A stretch of DNA of 64,000 nucleotides, taken from the NCBI RefSeq assembly GCF_006345805.1, contig NC_043020.1:8122001-8186000 (forward strand), in the 5' to 3' direction. This stretch comes from Octopus sinensis. Lineage: Eukaryota. Shown in pieces: positions 51,666 to 64,000 of this stretch. Every line of letters starts with the position of its first letter. The first letter of the stretch is position 1. The notes below the pieces were generated by a model that saw only the letters and a list, made by a program, of their open reading frames with translations, ran no database searches and was not told where the DNA came from. Made by a program: the position numbers and the translations under genes.

Positions 51666-52631
51666 ATGGACTGACTGATGTGTCTATGCATCAGAGAGAC
51701 AGAGAGAGAGTGAGTTATGTGTGACACTTGATTGTTCGTTCAGATGTTTGTCTTGATGGTGGTGTAATTCTGTTGTTGGCAGCAGTGAGAGCGGAAGAAC
51801 CACATTTTGGTGGGGGACCCCCACAACACAACATAACATATATATATATATACATTTAATATACATACATACAAACACACACATATATATATATATATAT
51901 ATACATATATGTACATATACATATATATAGATATAGATAGCGCAACGTTAAAAAAATATAAAGCATTATAGCATCGCATACCAACACAAGACCTTCTCTC
52001 TCCTCCACAAAACAAAGATATGTTTACAGTTATATACAAACACATATAAAAACATATGTAGAGAGAGAGATAAATATATGAAGACGTATTTAAATATATA
52101 AAAACATATATGAGAGCCATATCTTCACTTATAAGCCAAACTGGATATAAATGACTCACAACTCTCAGGTCTGTACTCTATCATATATTTCCATCTATTT
52201 CTGTGTATATTTACAGCAATGTGTCTAGATGTGGGCCTGTCCCATTGTCTGTCTGTCTGTCCGTCTATCCATGCATCTGTCCATCCTTCCGTTTGTCTGC
52301 TTGTCTGTCTGATGTAACTCGTTCTCTATCCGTTCTGTCTGTCAGTCTATCGGTATGTCTATCCAATAACTCCATCTCTTTTAACCGGTTGTCTGTTCTA
52401 ATATGCATGTTTATCACTCTCCGTGTCTCTCAATCTATAAATCTATCTCTTTATATAGAGATATATGTGTGTTTGTGTGTGTGTGTGTGTCTATATGTGT
52501 GCTTATCTATTCCATATGTTCATTTCCATATACACCCATCTGCCAAAGTTTTACCTATATATATATATATATGTATGTATATATATATAGGTGTATGTAT
52601 ATATATTTAGTATGTGACCTCGTCTGTATCA

Positions 52632-52813
52632 CTAGCGATTTTTTTCCTCTGTCTTCCCTTCTCGGGATCTTTCCTTCTCCTATGTTTCCGACGAAGAGCT
52701 CCGCTCGAAACGTCAAACCCTCCTTCTTCCCTTCTTTCCTGAGCGTCCAATAATACTTTATTTGTTCCACATCCTCGCGTTGTTGTCTTTTTGTTTTCTT
52801 GTTTGGATTAACT
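52632..52813 (+). mobile_element. Short PLE-pLTR-like repeat carrying a minimal hammerhead-like motif (52684-52718)
   Basis: GTTT-CCGACGA-A-GAGC/TCC/GCTC-GAA-ACGT-C-AAAC. Homologous copies at about 41620-41805 and 58270-58457, and a related one at about 16765-16850 (-). All abut TA tracts or TA-rich sequence. Confidence 0.65.
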
Positions 52814-53342
52814 ATATATATATATATATATACTTTTATTATTAAAACATCACAGCATTGTAAAAACATCACAAAAAATTGTTACTCTGAGTTTCACGTT
52901 GCTGTTCGTCGGACAGTTTCTAATTACCTGAGAACTGTCCAACGAATGGGAACGTGAAACTCTGAGTAACACGTTTTTGTGATGCTTTGCAGCTTTAATA
53001 ATAAAGCATAATATTCTCCCTCCGGTATACTATTTTTTTTCCACCTTGTTTCACATTTATGTGCCTACTCTGGTGTATATAAATAGTATATATAAATCTA
53101 TATTTATTTGTAAAAATATTATAATAATTATAAATATTATATATAGGTTTCGGAGCATAGGCCACTTGGTGTAGAATAGATATAAAATTAGTATCTAATT
53201 CTCTCACCCAATTAATTAATAAATAAAATATATATATGTTTCAGCTGAAGTAAATGAAAAAAAATCACCTGTGCCACTACCTGGCGTATACAGGTGCTTA
53301 CATTTATCAAGTATTCACCCTGAATTTATTATAAAATATATA

Positions 53343-53743
53343 CAGGTGTGGCTGTGTGGTAAGTAGCTTGTTTAACAACCGCATGGTTCCGGGTTCAGTC
53401 CCACTGCGTGGCACCTTGGGCAAGTGTCTTCTACTATAGCCTCGGGCCGACCAAAGCCTTGTGAGTGGATTTGGTAGACGGAAACTGAAAGAAGCCCATC
53501 ATAAATATATATATGCGTGTGTGTGTTTGTGTGTCTGTGTTTGTCCCCCTAGCATTGCTTGACAACCGATGCTGGTGTGTTTATGTCCCCGTTACTTAGC
53601 AGTTCGGCAAAAGAGACCGATAGAATAAGTACTGGGCTTACAAAGAATAAGTCCCGGGGTCGATTTGATCGACTAAAGGCGGTGCTCCAGCATGGCCACA
53701 GTCAAATGACTGAAACAAGTAAAAGAGTAAAAGAGTAAAGAGT
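53343..53743 (+). mobile_element. SINE family A
   Basis: Same family sequence. Confidence 0.9.
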
Positions 53744-54086
53744 ATATATAGGCACACACACACAATCCACAGTAATAATTTCTTTCTGGGTCTCCCCCCT
53801 CCCTCCCTCCTCCTTTTCCCCCCACTCCACTTCTTCCTCTAGCAATAAGCACAGTCAGTCTCCTTATGTTTCGAGAAACTTTCTCAACAGTTGCTCACTA
53901 GTTCCTTCCACAGTGCTGTTCCACCCCCCACCCCACCCTGCCGCCTCCTCCTCCTTCCTCCTGCAGCATGGAGAAGAGAAAGAGAAAGCAGAGGTGGGGG
54001 TGAGGGGCAGGATTCTTTGTTTTGGTTAGTTAACCACTACCACCATCACCACCACCACTACCATCTCTATAGAAAACTTTGGGTCG

Positions 54087-54130
<44 letters not shown>

Positions 54131-54255
54131 TTGTAGTATTTAAGCCTAGATTCTCTGGTAGTTAGAAAATGTTGGCACCTCTTGTTCTAATTATTTTCTT
54201 CGTATTCCGGCATGAATGAAAGGAATACTGAAATGTGTTAAGTTAGTGCTTACTA

Positions 54256-54396
54256 TAAGGTTGTCCCAAAAGTTCATAGAAAGTCTTGGAAAATAATGGT
54301 CTTTATTTTGAGGAATAATTTTTGTTGTTTTTGTTTGTACTTGGCGAGTAAAAATTCAATTTTCGCAAGTGTTTACGAACTTTTGGGACAACCTAA
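54256..54396. mobile_element. mariner-type MITE, 141 bp
   Basis: TA|TAAGGTTGTCCCAAAAGTTC ... GAACTTTTGGGACAACCTAA|TA. Confidence 0.75.
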
Positions 54397-56087
54397 TATT
54401 TACTCTATCAGGTCATGGATGGAGTTTTAAAAAAAAGGGGGAGGAAATTTATAGATTTTCTTCCCGCAAATTCAAAAACACAATTTTCAGACCCTCAATA
54501 GAATAACAATAACAGTAGTAGTAGTAGTAGTAGTAGGTGGAGGAAGAGGAGGAGGAGGGAAATAATGGTTTCTGATTAAGGCACATGGTTACAAATTTTA
54601 GAAGAGGGTAAGTCATTGACATTGAAATATCACCCCCACCCCAGGCCCCAACTGGTACTTATTTTATATATGAAAGAATGAACCCTGATGCAGTATCAGG
54701 CAGTGGCTTTCATGACTTCTGATATTAACAGATTGGAAGCGTTATCGTGTACATAGTTTTGTTTTGGTATAAAAGATGGGCTACAGCAAATATTCTGCTC
54801 ACTACCACAGGTTTGCATGTCAGTTGTTCGACCATAACCAGTTGAGCATGTCCCTCAGTGTCTGACAATATGTGCATCCCTGATCATGAGAAGATGTAGT
54901 TGGGGAGCATCATAGCCATGTGTTGAGAGGAATTCTTTGGGGTTTGGATAATTCACCTCTGGAAACATGGGTGTTTTGTTCAACATCCTTAAACAATCCT
55001 TATTCAGGGACCTTTTGAGTGTAATGGACTAATTGACCTGAAGAAAATTTTAACTGGGCCCCCACCTGCAAGGTCATGCACTGTTTATCTTGATATGAGA
55101 TCACCATGTCGCGCACATATGGTTGTGATGCATGGGCTTGGTGTACCCTTATCGAACAGGTAGTCATGATGGGTATACTGGACTTCGTATATTTTACCCC
55201 AGTGTCACTTTGATGACATGCACCGCTCTCTCAATAATAATAATAATGATAATAATAATGATAATTACAGTTTCTAATAATAACAGTAATAATAATTGTT
55301 TCTGATTTAGGCACAAGGCCTGCAATGTTTGAAGAGAGTAGTTTTATTCAATCCTAGTCCTTGATTCGTTCTATCAGCACTTGATGGATGAAAGGCAAAG
55401 TTCACCCCGACAGAATTTCAATTCAGGGCCATAAAGTGCCAGAAGAAATACTTCATGAAATTTTGTCTGATATTCAAAAGATTCTGCCAATCCACCACCC
55501 TAACAATAACAACAACAACACTAATAATAATAATAATTATTATTATTATTTTTTTCTTGTTCAAATTCCGCCAAGGCCAACTTAGCCTTACATCCCTTCG
55601 GGGTCGATAAACCAAGCACCAGTGAAACACTGGGGTTGATATAATTGTCTCGTCCCCTCCCCAAAAATTTCCGGCCTTGTACCTATAGTAGAAAGAATTA
55701 ATATTTTTCTTTTTATCTTGAGTTTTATTGTAACTCCTTGAGTCTTGCATGTGTAGCGGGCTCGCTGCCTGCAGCCTATGGTACCATGTTGTCTGTTCTT
55801 TACAGCTATCGAATCCTATCTAATACTTTTATTTGATTTGACTCAGGTTTGTTCTTATTCCTGGCAGGATTTTTGTGGGTGGTGGGTTACTACCTGTAAC
55901 CTTAGGTATGCACAAGCTTTCAATAGTCTTTCAAGTGCCTAGAACCCTCCTGATAATCTTTCCCGGCCCTAAGAGGCATCCTTTCTGTAGAAGCTCTACA
56001 GGGCATTCTGTTCCGATCTTCTTCAACCATTTGTCTATATCTTTAGACACAGTTCCCAATGCACCAATTATTACACTTATTACTATT

Positions 56088-56212
56088 GTTCTGAGTTCAA
56101 ATTCTGCCAAGGTCGATTTTGCTTTTTATCCTTTCTGGGGTCAATGTAATCAGCTTACCCCTCCTTTGAAATTGCTAGCCTTGTGCCAAATTTTGACACT
56201 ATTATTATTATG

Positions 56213-56268
<56 letters not shown>

Positions 56269-56720
56269 GGTGGCAAGCTGGCAAAAATGTTAGCATGCTG
56301 GGCAAAATGCTTGGCGGCTTTTCATCCATCTTCACATTCTGAGTTCAAATTCTGCCACGGTCGATTTTGCTTTTTATCCTTTCTGGGGTCAATGTAATCA
56401 ACTTACCCCTCCCTTTAAATTGCTAGCCTTGTGCCAAATTTTGACATCATCATCATTATTATTATTATTATTACTATTATTATTATTATTATTATTATTA
56501 TCAAGGTGGCAAGCTTGCAAAAATGTTAGCATGCTGGGCAAATTGCTTGGTGGCTTTTCATCCATCTTCAAATTCTGAGTTGTTCAAATTCTGCCAAGGT
56601 CAACTTAGCCTTTTGTCCTTTTGGGGTAGTACCAGTGGAACAATGGGGTCAATGTAATCGATTAACCACCACCACCACCCCACCCCACCCTCAAAATTTT
56701 AGGCTTTGTGCCTTTAGCTG
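56088..56720 (+). repeat. Head-to-tail tandem array (about 2.5-3 units) of an old B-type SINE separated by (ATT)n
   Basis: A unit of about 240-250 bp repeats. The first two units share an internal deletion. Confidence 0.8.
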
Positions 56721-56730
56721 AAAGAATTAA

Positions 56731-56772
<42 letters not shown>

Positions 56773-57849
56773 CATCACCATGATAGCTAATTTTGGCACA
56801 AGGTCTGAAATTTTGAGGGAAGGGGCATGTCAGTTACACCAACCCCATTGCTCAACTGATGTTTATTTTGTTGACCCCTGAAAGAATGGAAGACAAGGTT
56901 GACCTTGGTGGCATTTGAACTCAGAAGATAGAGAGCTAACTCTACCAGCTTTTGATTTTTGATTTGATTTTTCCAGTTTCAGCTCATGAGCTGTGGCCAT
57001 GCTGGGGCACCGCCATTAAAAAAAATTTTTTGTTTTTTTTATTTTTTTGCTGCCTTAATTATAATAATAAGAAGAAGAAGAAAAGGAAGAGTTTTATTTT
57101 TTTAGATACAAACTTGTAGTGGGGAATTGTTAAAGTTGGTGCCTTTTATTTGTCTCATTGGCCAAGAGGGACAACTGACCAGGCTGGGGTTTGACCTGTG
57201 AACGCCATTCATTTAATGCTCTGCCCTTATGATGACAATGGTGATGATGCTGGTGATGATTTGCATAACATTACCACAAATTCCCCCCTCTCCAATCTTT
57301 TACACACCAGATGGCCGGTGCCAGACCCCTCTGGCACCTGTGCAGGTGGCACGTAAAAAGCACCCACTACACTCGCAGAGTGGTTGGCGTTAGGAAGAGC
57401 ATCCAGCTGTAAAAACACTGCCAGATCAGACTGGAACCTGGAGCAGCCCCTGGCTTCCCAGACCCCGGTCGAACCGTCCAACCCATGCTAGCGCGGAAAA
57501 CGGACATTAAACAATGGTGATGATGATGATATACAGCAACTGGTTCTATCAGTCCCTTGCTTCCAGTTTTTACCAACCCCAGGATGACTTAATGGCCGTG
57601 TCGTCTTCAGGAGTATTTGAAACCCAGAAGGTTTTTGTGCCATCTCCGTCCTTAATGCTGCCCAGAAGGTCACCAAACAGGTTAACAGGTGTGGTGCATG
57701 GGCTTGATGTTCCCTTCATTTAGATGTACGTCAACACTTATTAAGCAGTGGTGTTGGGGAAGACACTCCTTCCATGACCATCCCAAATGTCTGAATAGCT
57801 AGATATCAACCACCTCACCAACAACAACACTGAACACCTTTTTTATCTC

Positions 57850-58110
57850 CATGTGTCTAACACACGTGGACATGCCTACAAAGTCAGAAAACAACACAGC
57901 TCCCATGACTTTCGGAAACATTTTTTCACGCTCAGAGTTGCTGAAGCATGGAACAAACTGCCTGAGTCAGTTGTTGACTGCCATGACACTGCATCCTTTA
58001 AGGCCCTCATGCTTTCTGAAATCTGCCGAAACTACACCTGATTATACACACACTTTAGATGAGTTGTAGTGCACCTGAGCACTGTACACAATGTTTTATT
58101 ATTATTATAT
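57850..58110 (+). mobile_element. CR1-type LINE 3' end
   Basis: ORF TRGHAYKVRKQHSSHDFRKHFFTLRVAEAWNKLPESVV matches the CR1 ORF2 C-terminal TRGH...FF..RV...WN.LP motif. ATT tail. A second copy at about 63760-63985 (-). Confidence 0.85.
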
Positions 58111-58454
58111 TGTTGAATAGTGTGTGAGTGGAAATGGTTGATGAAGAAGCTTATCACTTGATATGTTACAAAATAACATAAAATAATCATGTAGTCGTAC
58201 ATGCATTCTCTGTTTCTCAAACATTGTTTGTGTGTATGTGTATATATACATGTGACCGCGTGTGTACCGTTGGCGATTTTTTTTTTCCTCTGTCTTCCCT
58301 TCTCTGGATCTTTCCTTCTCCTATGTTTCCAACAAAGAGCTCCGCTCGAAACGTTAAATCCTCCTTCTTTCCTTCCTTCCTGGGCGTCCAATAATACTAT
58401 TTTGTTCTACGTCCTCGCGTTGTTGTGTTTTTTGTGCTTTCTTGTTTGGATTAA

Positions 58455-58492
<38 letters not shown>

Positions 58493-58646
58493 GTGATATA
58501 TATGTGTGTGTATATACACACATACATATTTTAAATAGCTATTGTAACTCTAAAACAACATAATTGTTTTAGTTTGACATGTGATCTCAACTAAAATCCC
58601 TTGCCAACTAGTACTACTAATGTGTGTGTGTATATATATATGTGTG

Positions 58647-58682
<36 letters not shown>

Positions 58683-58691
58683 TATATAGTG

Positions 58692-59035
58692 AAGGTGCAT
58701 GGCTCAGTGGTTAGAACATCGGGTTTACAATCATGAGGTGGGGAATTTGATTCCCAGGCTGAGCTGTGTGTTGTGTTCTTGAGCAAGACACTTTATTTCA
58801 CGTTGCTCCAGTTCACTCAGCTGTAGAAATGAGTTACAAAGTCACTGGTGCCAAGCTGTATTGGCCCCTTTGCCTTTCCTTTGGTTCAAATCAGTGGCGT
58901 GGAGAGGGGAGGCTGGTATGCATGGGCGACTACTGGTCTTCCATAAACACCCTTGTCCAAACTTGTGCCTCAGAGTGAAACTTTCTAGGTGCAATCCCAT
59001 GGTCATTCATGAATAAAGGGGGTCTTTACCTTTTA
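58692..59035 (+). mobile_element. tRNA-derived CORE-like SINE family E (older)
   Basis: TGGCTCAGTGG A box and GTGTTCTTGAGCAAGACACTT core. Related copies at about 25570-25815 (+), 10490-10716 (-) and 13000-13299 (-). Confidence 0.72.
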
Positions 59036-59315
59036 TATATATGTGCCGGTGGCACGTAAAAAGCACCATCCAATCGTGGCTGTTTGCCAGCCTCGTCTGG
59101 CACCTGTGCAGGTGGCACGTAAAAATCACCCACTACACACACCAAGTAGAATTCGGCATGAAAAAAGGACCATTTCATGGTAAACTTCAGTAATACTTGA
59201 TAATTAGGGTTCAGCAAAGATTTGCTTTACCGCATACCAAAGTTTAGAAATAGCAGCCAAAAAACGTTAGCTATTTCTTCTACTAAGCAAATCTTTGCTG
59301 AACCCTAATTATTAA

Positions 59316-59370
<55 letters not shown>

Positions 59371-59373
<3 letters not shown>

Positions 59374-59532
59374 GGGTTGGACAAAATAATGGAAACGCCT
59401 TAAAATTTCAAACAAATTAATTTAAAATGGGTTAGGATCGCCTTTGGCAGTAATTACAGCTTCAATATTACGAGGTATGGACTTGTACAAAGTTTGAATT
59501 TTTTTCAAAGGAATTTTTGTCCATTCTTCAGC
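59371..59532 (+). mobile_element. Tc1-like transposon end inserted in a TA tract
   Basis: CAGGGGTTGGACAAAATAATGGAAAC resembles Tc1-type TIR starts. The other end was not found. Confidence 0.5.
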
Positions 59533-59938
59533 TAAAACGAGAGGTCATTTTTAGCAGGCTTGGTATCAAAAAAGGGGTTAATATGAACATGGAGAAGAAT
59601 GTGAAACTAGAAAAGGATGTAAATATAAAGATTACCCCCCCCCACTCACACGCACACACACATGTATATTTACGTACACTTACACATACATCTACAATAT
59701 CATAATCTTATGATCTTTATTCAAGGACTACAATTTGTACTTGTGTTAGGCACCGTAGCAGATGTTGCACACATCCTATTTCCATCATCAATGCTTTTGT
59801 TCATCAAATACACACATATACACATACAAGCACACAAACAAACACACCACACACACACATATATATATATATAATATATATATATATACAAACACAAACA
59901 TACTTATACATGCACAAGCACCAATATATACACACAAG

Positions 59939-59969
<31 letters not shown>

Positions 59970-60943
59970 CTATATATATATATATATATATGCACAGACA
60001 CATACATATAAACACGTAAGCATATACATATACACATACAGGCACACAAACAAACACACACACATATATATATATATATACATACAAACACAAACACACA
60101 TATACATGTACAAGCACAAATATATACACACAAGCACACACACATATATACATATATACACAGGCACATACATATAAACTCTTAAGCATATACATATACA
60201 CATACAAACATGCGCATATACACACACACAGGTACAAGCATTCACACAAACACATTTAATTGATGTTTCTCTAATTAACTTACTCTGTGTCTCTCTCTTC
60301 CTCTCTTTGTCTCTCTTCCTCTCTGTCTCTCTTTCTCTTTGTCTCTCTTTCTCTTTGTCTCTCTGTCTCTTTGTCTCTCATTGTTAATCTTTTCCATTTT
60401 GGTGGAACTCTAGGCAAAACGGAAAGAGTCGATCAACACAATGAAGGTAAAAACTTAACACCAACGACTTAGAAATGTCCAATTAGACCAAATAATTGCA
60501 CCTGAGCCTGTATTGTTGTCGACTTCACTACTGAATAACAATAAGAACTAACCACCACCACCACCCCTACCTGCGCACACACACCACCACCACATACTTC
60601 ACACCAAACATCTACCTGTCCTACTAACTCCCTCCCATCCCACCTTCAGAAATACCATATACAGTGATTAAATCTCCACCCTGGACACAGCAGGCTTTTT
60701 TTTTTTATTCTTTTTAACACCTGTAAAACCAACATAGTAGATGGGTGGCAGAGTTAGTAGAGTACTGGATAAAAATATCTGGTTGTATTTGGTTAAGGCA
60801 ATTGGCAATCTGAGTTCAAACCCTACACAAGCCTACTCCGCAATCCAACCCTTTGATATTAATGATAAAATAAGTTGTGATGGTAAACTTCCCTAACCCT
60901 TTGAGGGTGGTGTCCTAGCTTGAATGCAGTTGATTGTAACCTA

Positions 60944-61176
60944 GGCGGCGAGCTGGCAGAAACGTTAGCACGCCGGGCGAAATGCTAAGTGGCATTTCGT
61001 CTGCCGTTACGTTCTGAGTTCAAATTCCGCTGAGGTCGACTTTGCCTTTCATCCTTTCGGGGTCGATTAAATAAGTACCAGTTATGCACTGGGGTCAATA
61101 TAATCGACTTAATCCATTTGTCTGTCCTTGTTTGTCCCCTCTGTGTATAGCCCCTTGTGGGCAGCAAAGAAATAAA
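60944..61176 (+). mobile_element. SINE family B
   Basis: Same family sequence. Confidence 0.88.
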
Positions 61177-61348
61177 ATAATTGTAGGTGGTTTAGACAGG
61201 CATTTTGCAACTGTGGAATTCCAGGTTCAATTCCACATTGCAATTCTTCAAGCAAGTGTCTCTTTTCTACTCTGCTAACAAGTTTACCTTTACGATGGAA
61301 TTTAAGAGACAAAACTGTGCAGAACTCTCTCTCACACACATTTATGTA

Positions 61349-61404
<56 letters not shown>

Positions 61405-61565
61405 TACGTGTGTGTGCGTATATGTGTAAACGTACAAACACAGGCATATGTACATGCACTTCTTTTTATATTTATTGGGTGATAAAATAAGTACCTAACT
61501 GGATTAAGTACTGGGGTCACTGCAGTTGACCGAGTCCCAACATGGACACAGTCCAATGACTAAAA

Positions 61566-62390
61566 CCCTCAAGGGCAGTACTCCAGTGTGGCCATGTTCC
61601 ATTAAATAAAACCCTCGAGAGCAGTACCCCAGCATGGCCACAGTCCAGAGACTGAAACCCTTAAAAGTAGTACCCAACCTGGTCACACTTCAGTGGCTAA
61701 AAACACCGAGGGCACTACTCCAGCATGGCCACAATCCAATGACTAAAACCCTCAAGGGCAGTACTCCAGCATGGCCACGTTCCAGTAACTAAAACCCTCG
61801 AGATCAGTACCCCAGCATGGCCACAGTCCAGAGACTGAAACCCTTAAAAGTAGCACCCCAACATGGTCACACTTCAGTGGCTAAAAACACAGAGGGCACT
61901 ACTCCAGTATGGCCACAATCCAATGACTAAAGCCCTCAAGGGCAGTACTCCAGCATGGCCACGTTCCAGTAACTAAAACCCTTGAGATCAGTACCCCAGC
62001 GTGGCCACAATCCAGAGACTGAAACCCTTAAAAGTAGTACCCCAACATGGTCACACTTCAGTAGCTAAAAATACCAAGGGCAGTACTCCAGCGTGGCCAC
62101 AGTCCAATGATGTAAACCCTCAAGGGCAATACTCCAGCATGGCCACATTACAACGACTAAAACCCTTGAGGGCTGTACTCCAGCATGGCCACAGTCCAAT
62201 GACGAAAACCCTCAAGGGCAATACTCCAGCATGGCCACATTACAATGACTAAAACCCTTGAGGGCAGCACTACAACATGGCCACAGTCCAGTGATTCAAA
62301 CCTCCAAAGGTAGTACCCTAACCCTGTCCACAGTCCAGTAACTAAAACCCTCCATAGATGGTAGCCCCAGCACAACCACAGTCCTGAGCT
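61566..62390. repeat. SINE-tail-derived 45-46-bp satellite with 183-bp higher-order repeat
   Basis: Four monomer types repeat at 61566, 61749 and 61932. Monomers contain CCAGCATGGCCACAGTCCAATGACT, as in SINE A tails. Confidence 0.88.
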
Positions 62391-62696
62391 TGAAACCAGT
62401 AAACAATGGAATAAATATCTGTTAGCTTTAGTTCCTCCCTCAGTGAACAGAGCCAAATGTTTGTGTTCTGGTAATTAATACTGTTAATGTTAGAATTCTC
62501 TTAATCTCAAAGAACCAACCGACACCCACAAACTCATTTTCCATTAGTGCGTTATTTGTTATTGTCTCTACCCTATCCTTCACTAGATGTTTAGCATCAA
62601 ATTTGAATTTGTATTGTATAACAGAATTAAATAAATATGTGTTTTTATATGACGTATGGTGTCACATATTGAAAGTCAGTGTATTCTGTGACCCTG

Positions 62697-63076
62697 CAGG
62701 CGCAATGGCCCAGTGGTTAGGGCAGTGGACTCGCGGTCATAGGATCAGTTTTTGATTCCCAGACCGGGCGTTGTGAGTGTTTATTGAGCGAAAACACCTA
62801 AAGCTCCACGAGGCTCGGCAGGGGGTGGTTCACTCTGCCTGCTGTACTCTTTCACCACAACTTTCTCTCACTCTTACTTCCTGTTTCTGTTGTACCTGTA
62901 TTTCAAAGAGTCGGCCTTGTCACTCTCTGTGTCACGCTGAATATCCCCGAGAACTACGTTAAGGGTACACGTGTCTGTGGAGTGCTCAGCCACTTACACG
63001 TTTTAATTCACGAGCAGGCTGTTCCATTGATTCGGATCAACCGGAACCCTCGTCGTCGTAACCGACGGAGTGCTTC
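62697..63076 (+). mobile_element. SINE family C flanked by a 215-bp direct duplication
   Basis: Matches 49314-49693. Flanks 62480-62694 and 63082-63296 are direct repeats. Confidence 0.88.
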
Positions 63077-64000
63077 TTCTCACTATTAATGTTAGAATTC
63101 TCTTAATCTCAAAGAACCAACTGACACCCACAAACTCATTTTCCATTAGTGCGTTATTTGTTATTGTCTCCACCCCATCCTTCACTAGTTGTTTAGCATC
63201 AAATTTGAATTTGTATTGTATAACAGAATTAAATAAATATGTGTTTTTATATGACGTATGGTGTCACATGTTGAAAGTCAGTGTATTCTGTGACCCACGG
63301 CATTTGCAAAGATAAACAGCCTTAAGATTCTGATATGAGTTGTTGTATGAGAGACATGTGCTCTTTCTCTCTCACTGTTTTTTTCTCTTTCTTACCCTCC
63401 TCTTTCCCTGGCTTCTCTCTCTTGCTCTCCTTCCTTCCTCCTCTCTGTCTCTTCCTGTGATGTGTCTTGTGACTAGAAATAGTTAACAGGACAATGATAC
63501 ATAAGATGCAAACCAACCCATGTGGCCTACTGCTTTGGGTGTTTTTAGCAGGGCCAGTGACCATTTAGAAGCTCCAGCATGGGCTTGATTCTGTTGTTGC
63601 TGTTATTATTTAGCTTCAAGTTATCTCTTATTTGAGCCAATTTATAATCATCAAACACGTTCCAGCCATGACCATCCTTTCTCGCATACTGACAATTCAG
63701 TGAAGCCTACATTATCCAGCAACTCTCTCTGGATCTAAGACTAAATAATTAGTGAAGTTAATAATAATAATAATAAAAACATTGTGTACAGTGCTCAGGT
63801 GCACTACAACTCATCTAAAGTGTATATATAATCAGGTGTAGTTTCGGCAGATTTCGGAAAGCATGAGGGCCTTAAAGGATGCAGTGTCATGGCAGTCAAC
63901 AACTGACACAGGCAGTTTGTTCCATGCTTCAGCAACTCTGAGCATGAAAAAATGTTTCCGAAAGTCATGGGAGCTGTGCAGGGCACATTAATAAACTAAC

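Noticed and set aside
50533-51724. 342-aa His-rich ORF and HT/CV dipeptide ORFs (also 16914-17546 and 59788-60255)
   Set aside because: They are simple-repeat translations.
61566-62390. CRISPR-like appearance of regularly spaced repeats
   Set aside because: There are no unique spacers, the whole monomer is homologous to a SINE tail, the context is eukaryotic and no cas genes are present.
41050-64000. Search for TLDc-domain exons
   Set aside because: No segment encoding W.L.YS...HG.SL or FYGTGE-like motifs was recognised, so they probably lie beyond the window.

Overview
AT-rich, microsatellite- and SINE-dense animal genomic DNA. The SINE families and TA/CA microsatellite load suggest an octopus/cephalopod, which is inferred and not proven. 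The only host gene I can support is the middle part of a + strand OXR1/NCOA7 (Drosophila mustard) family gene. Seven well-supported exons plus one optional 84-nt exon join in frame, with canonical GT-AG sites, from the end of the LysM domain (VLYVPGP) through the GRAM-like region to the KDWE motif. The LysM start and the TLDc domain lie outside the window. The introns hold at least five SINE/LINE-tail families, CR1- and RTE-type LINE ends, a decayed mariner, piggyBac- and mariner-type MITEs, and Penelope-like (PLE) remnants. Highlights: (1) a TSD-bounded insertion joining a PLE GIY-YIG end, a tRNA-type Pol III promoter and a hammerhead-ribozyme-like motif; (2) several other hammerhead-like motifs, one with a compensatory G3-C8 core swap; (3) an unusual density of near-perfect fold-back palindromes; (4) a SINE flanked by a 215-bp direct duplication; (5) a SINE-tail satellite with higher-order structure; (6) frame-compatible microexon candidates. 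All alignments and mismatch counts were done by eye, and most repeat boundaries are approximate.
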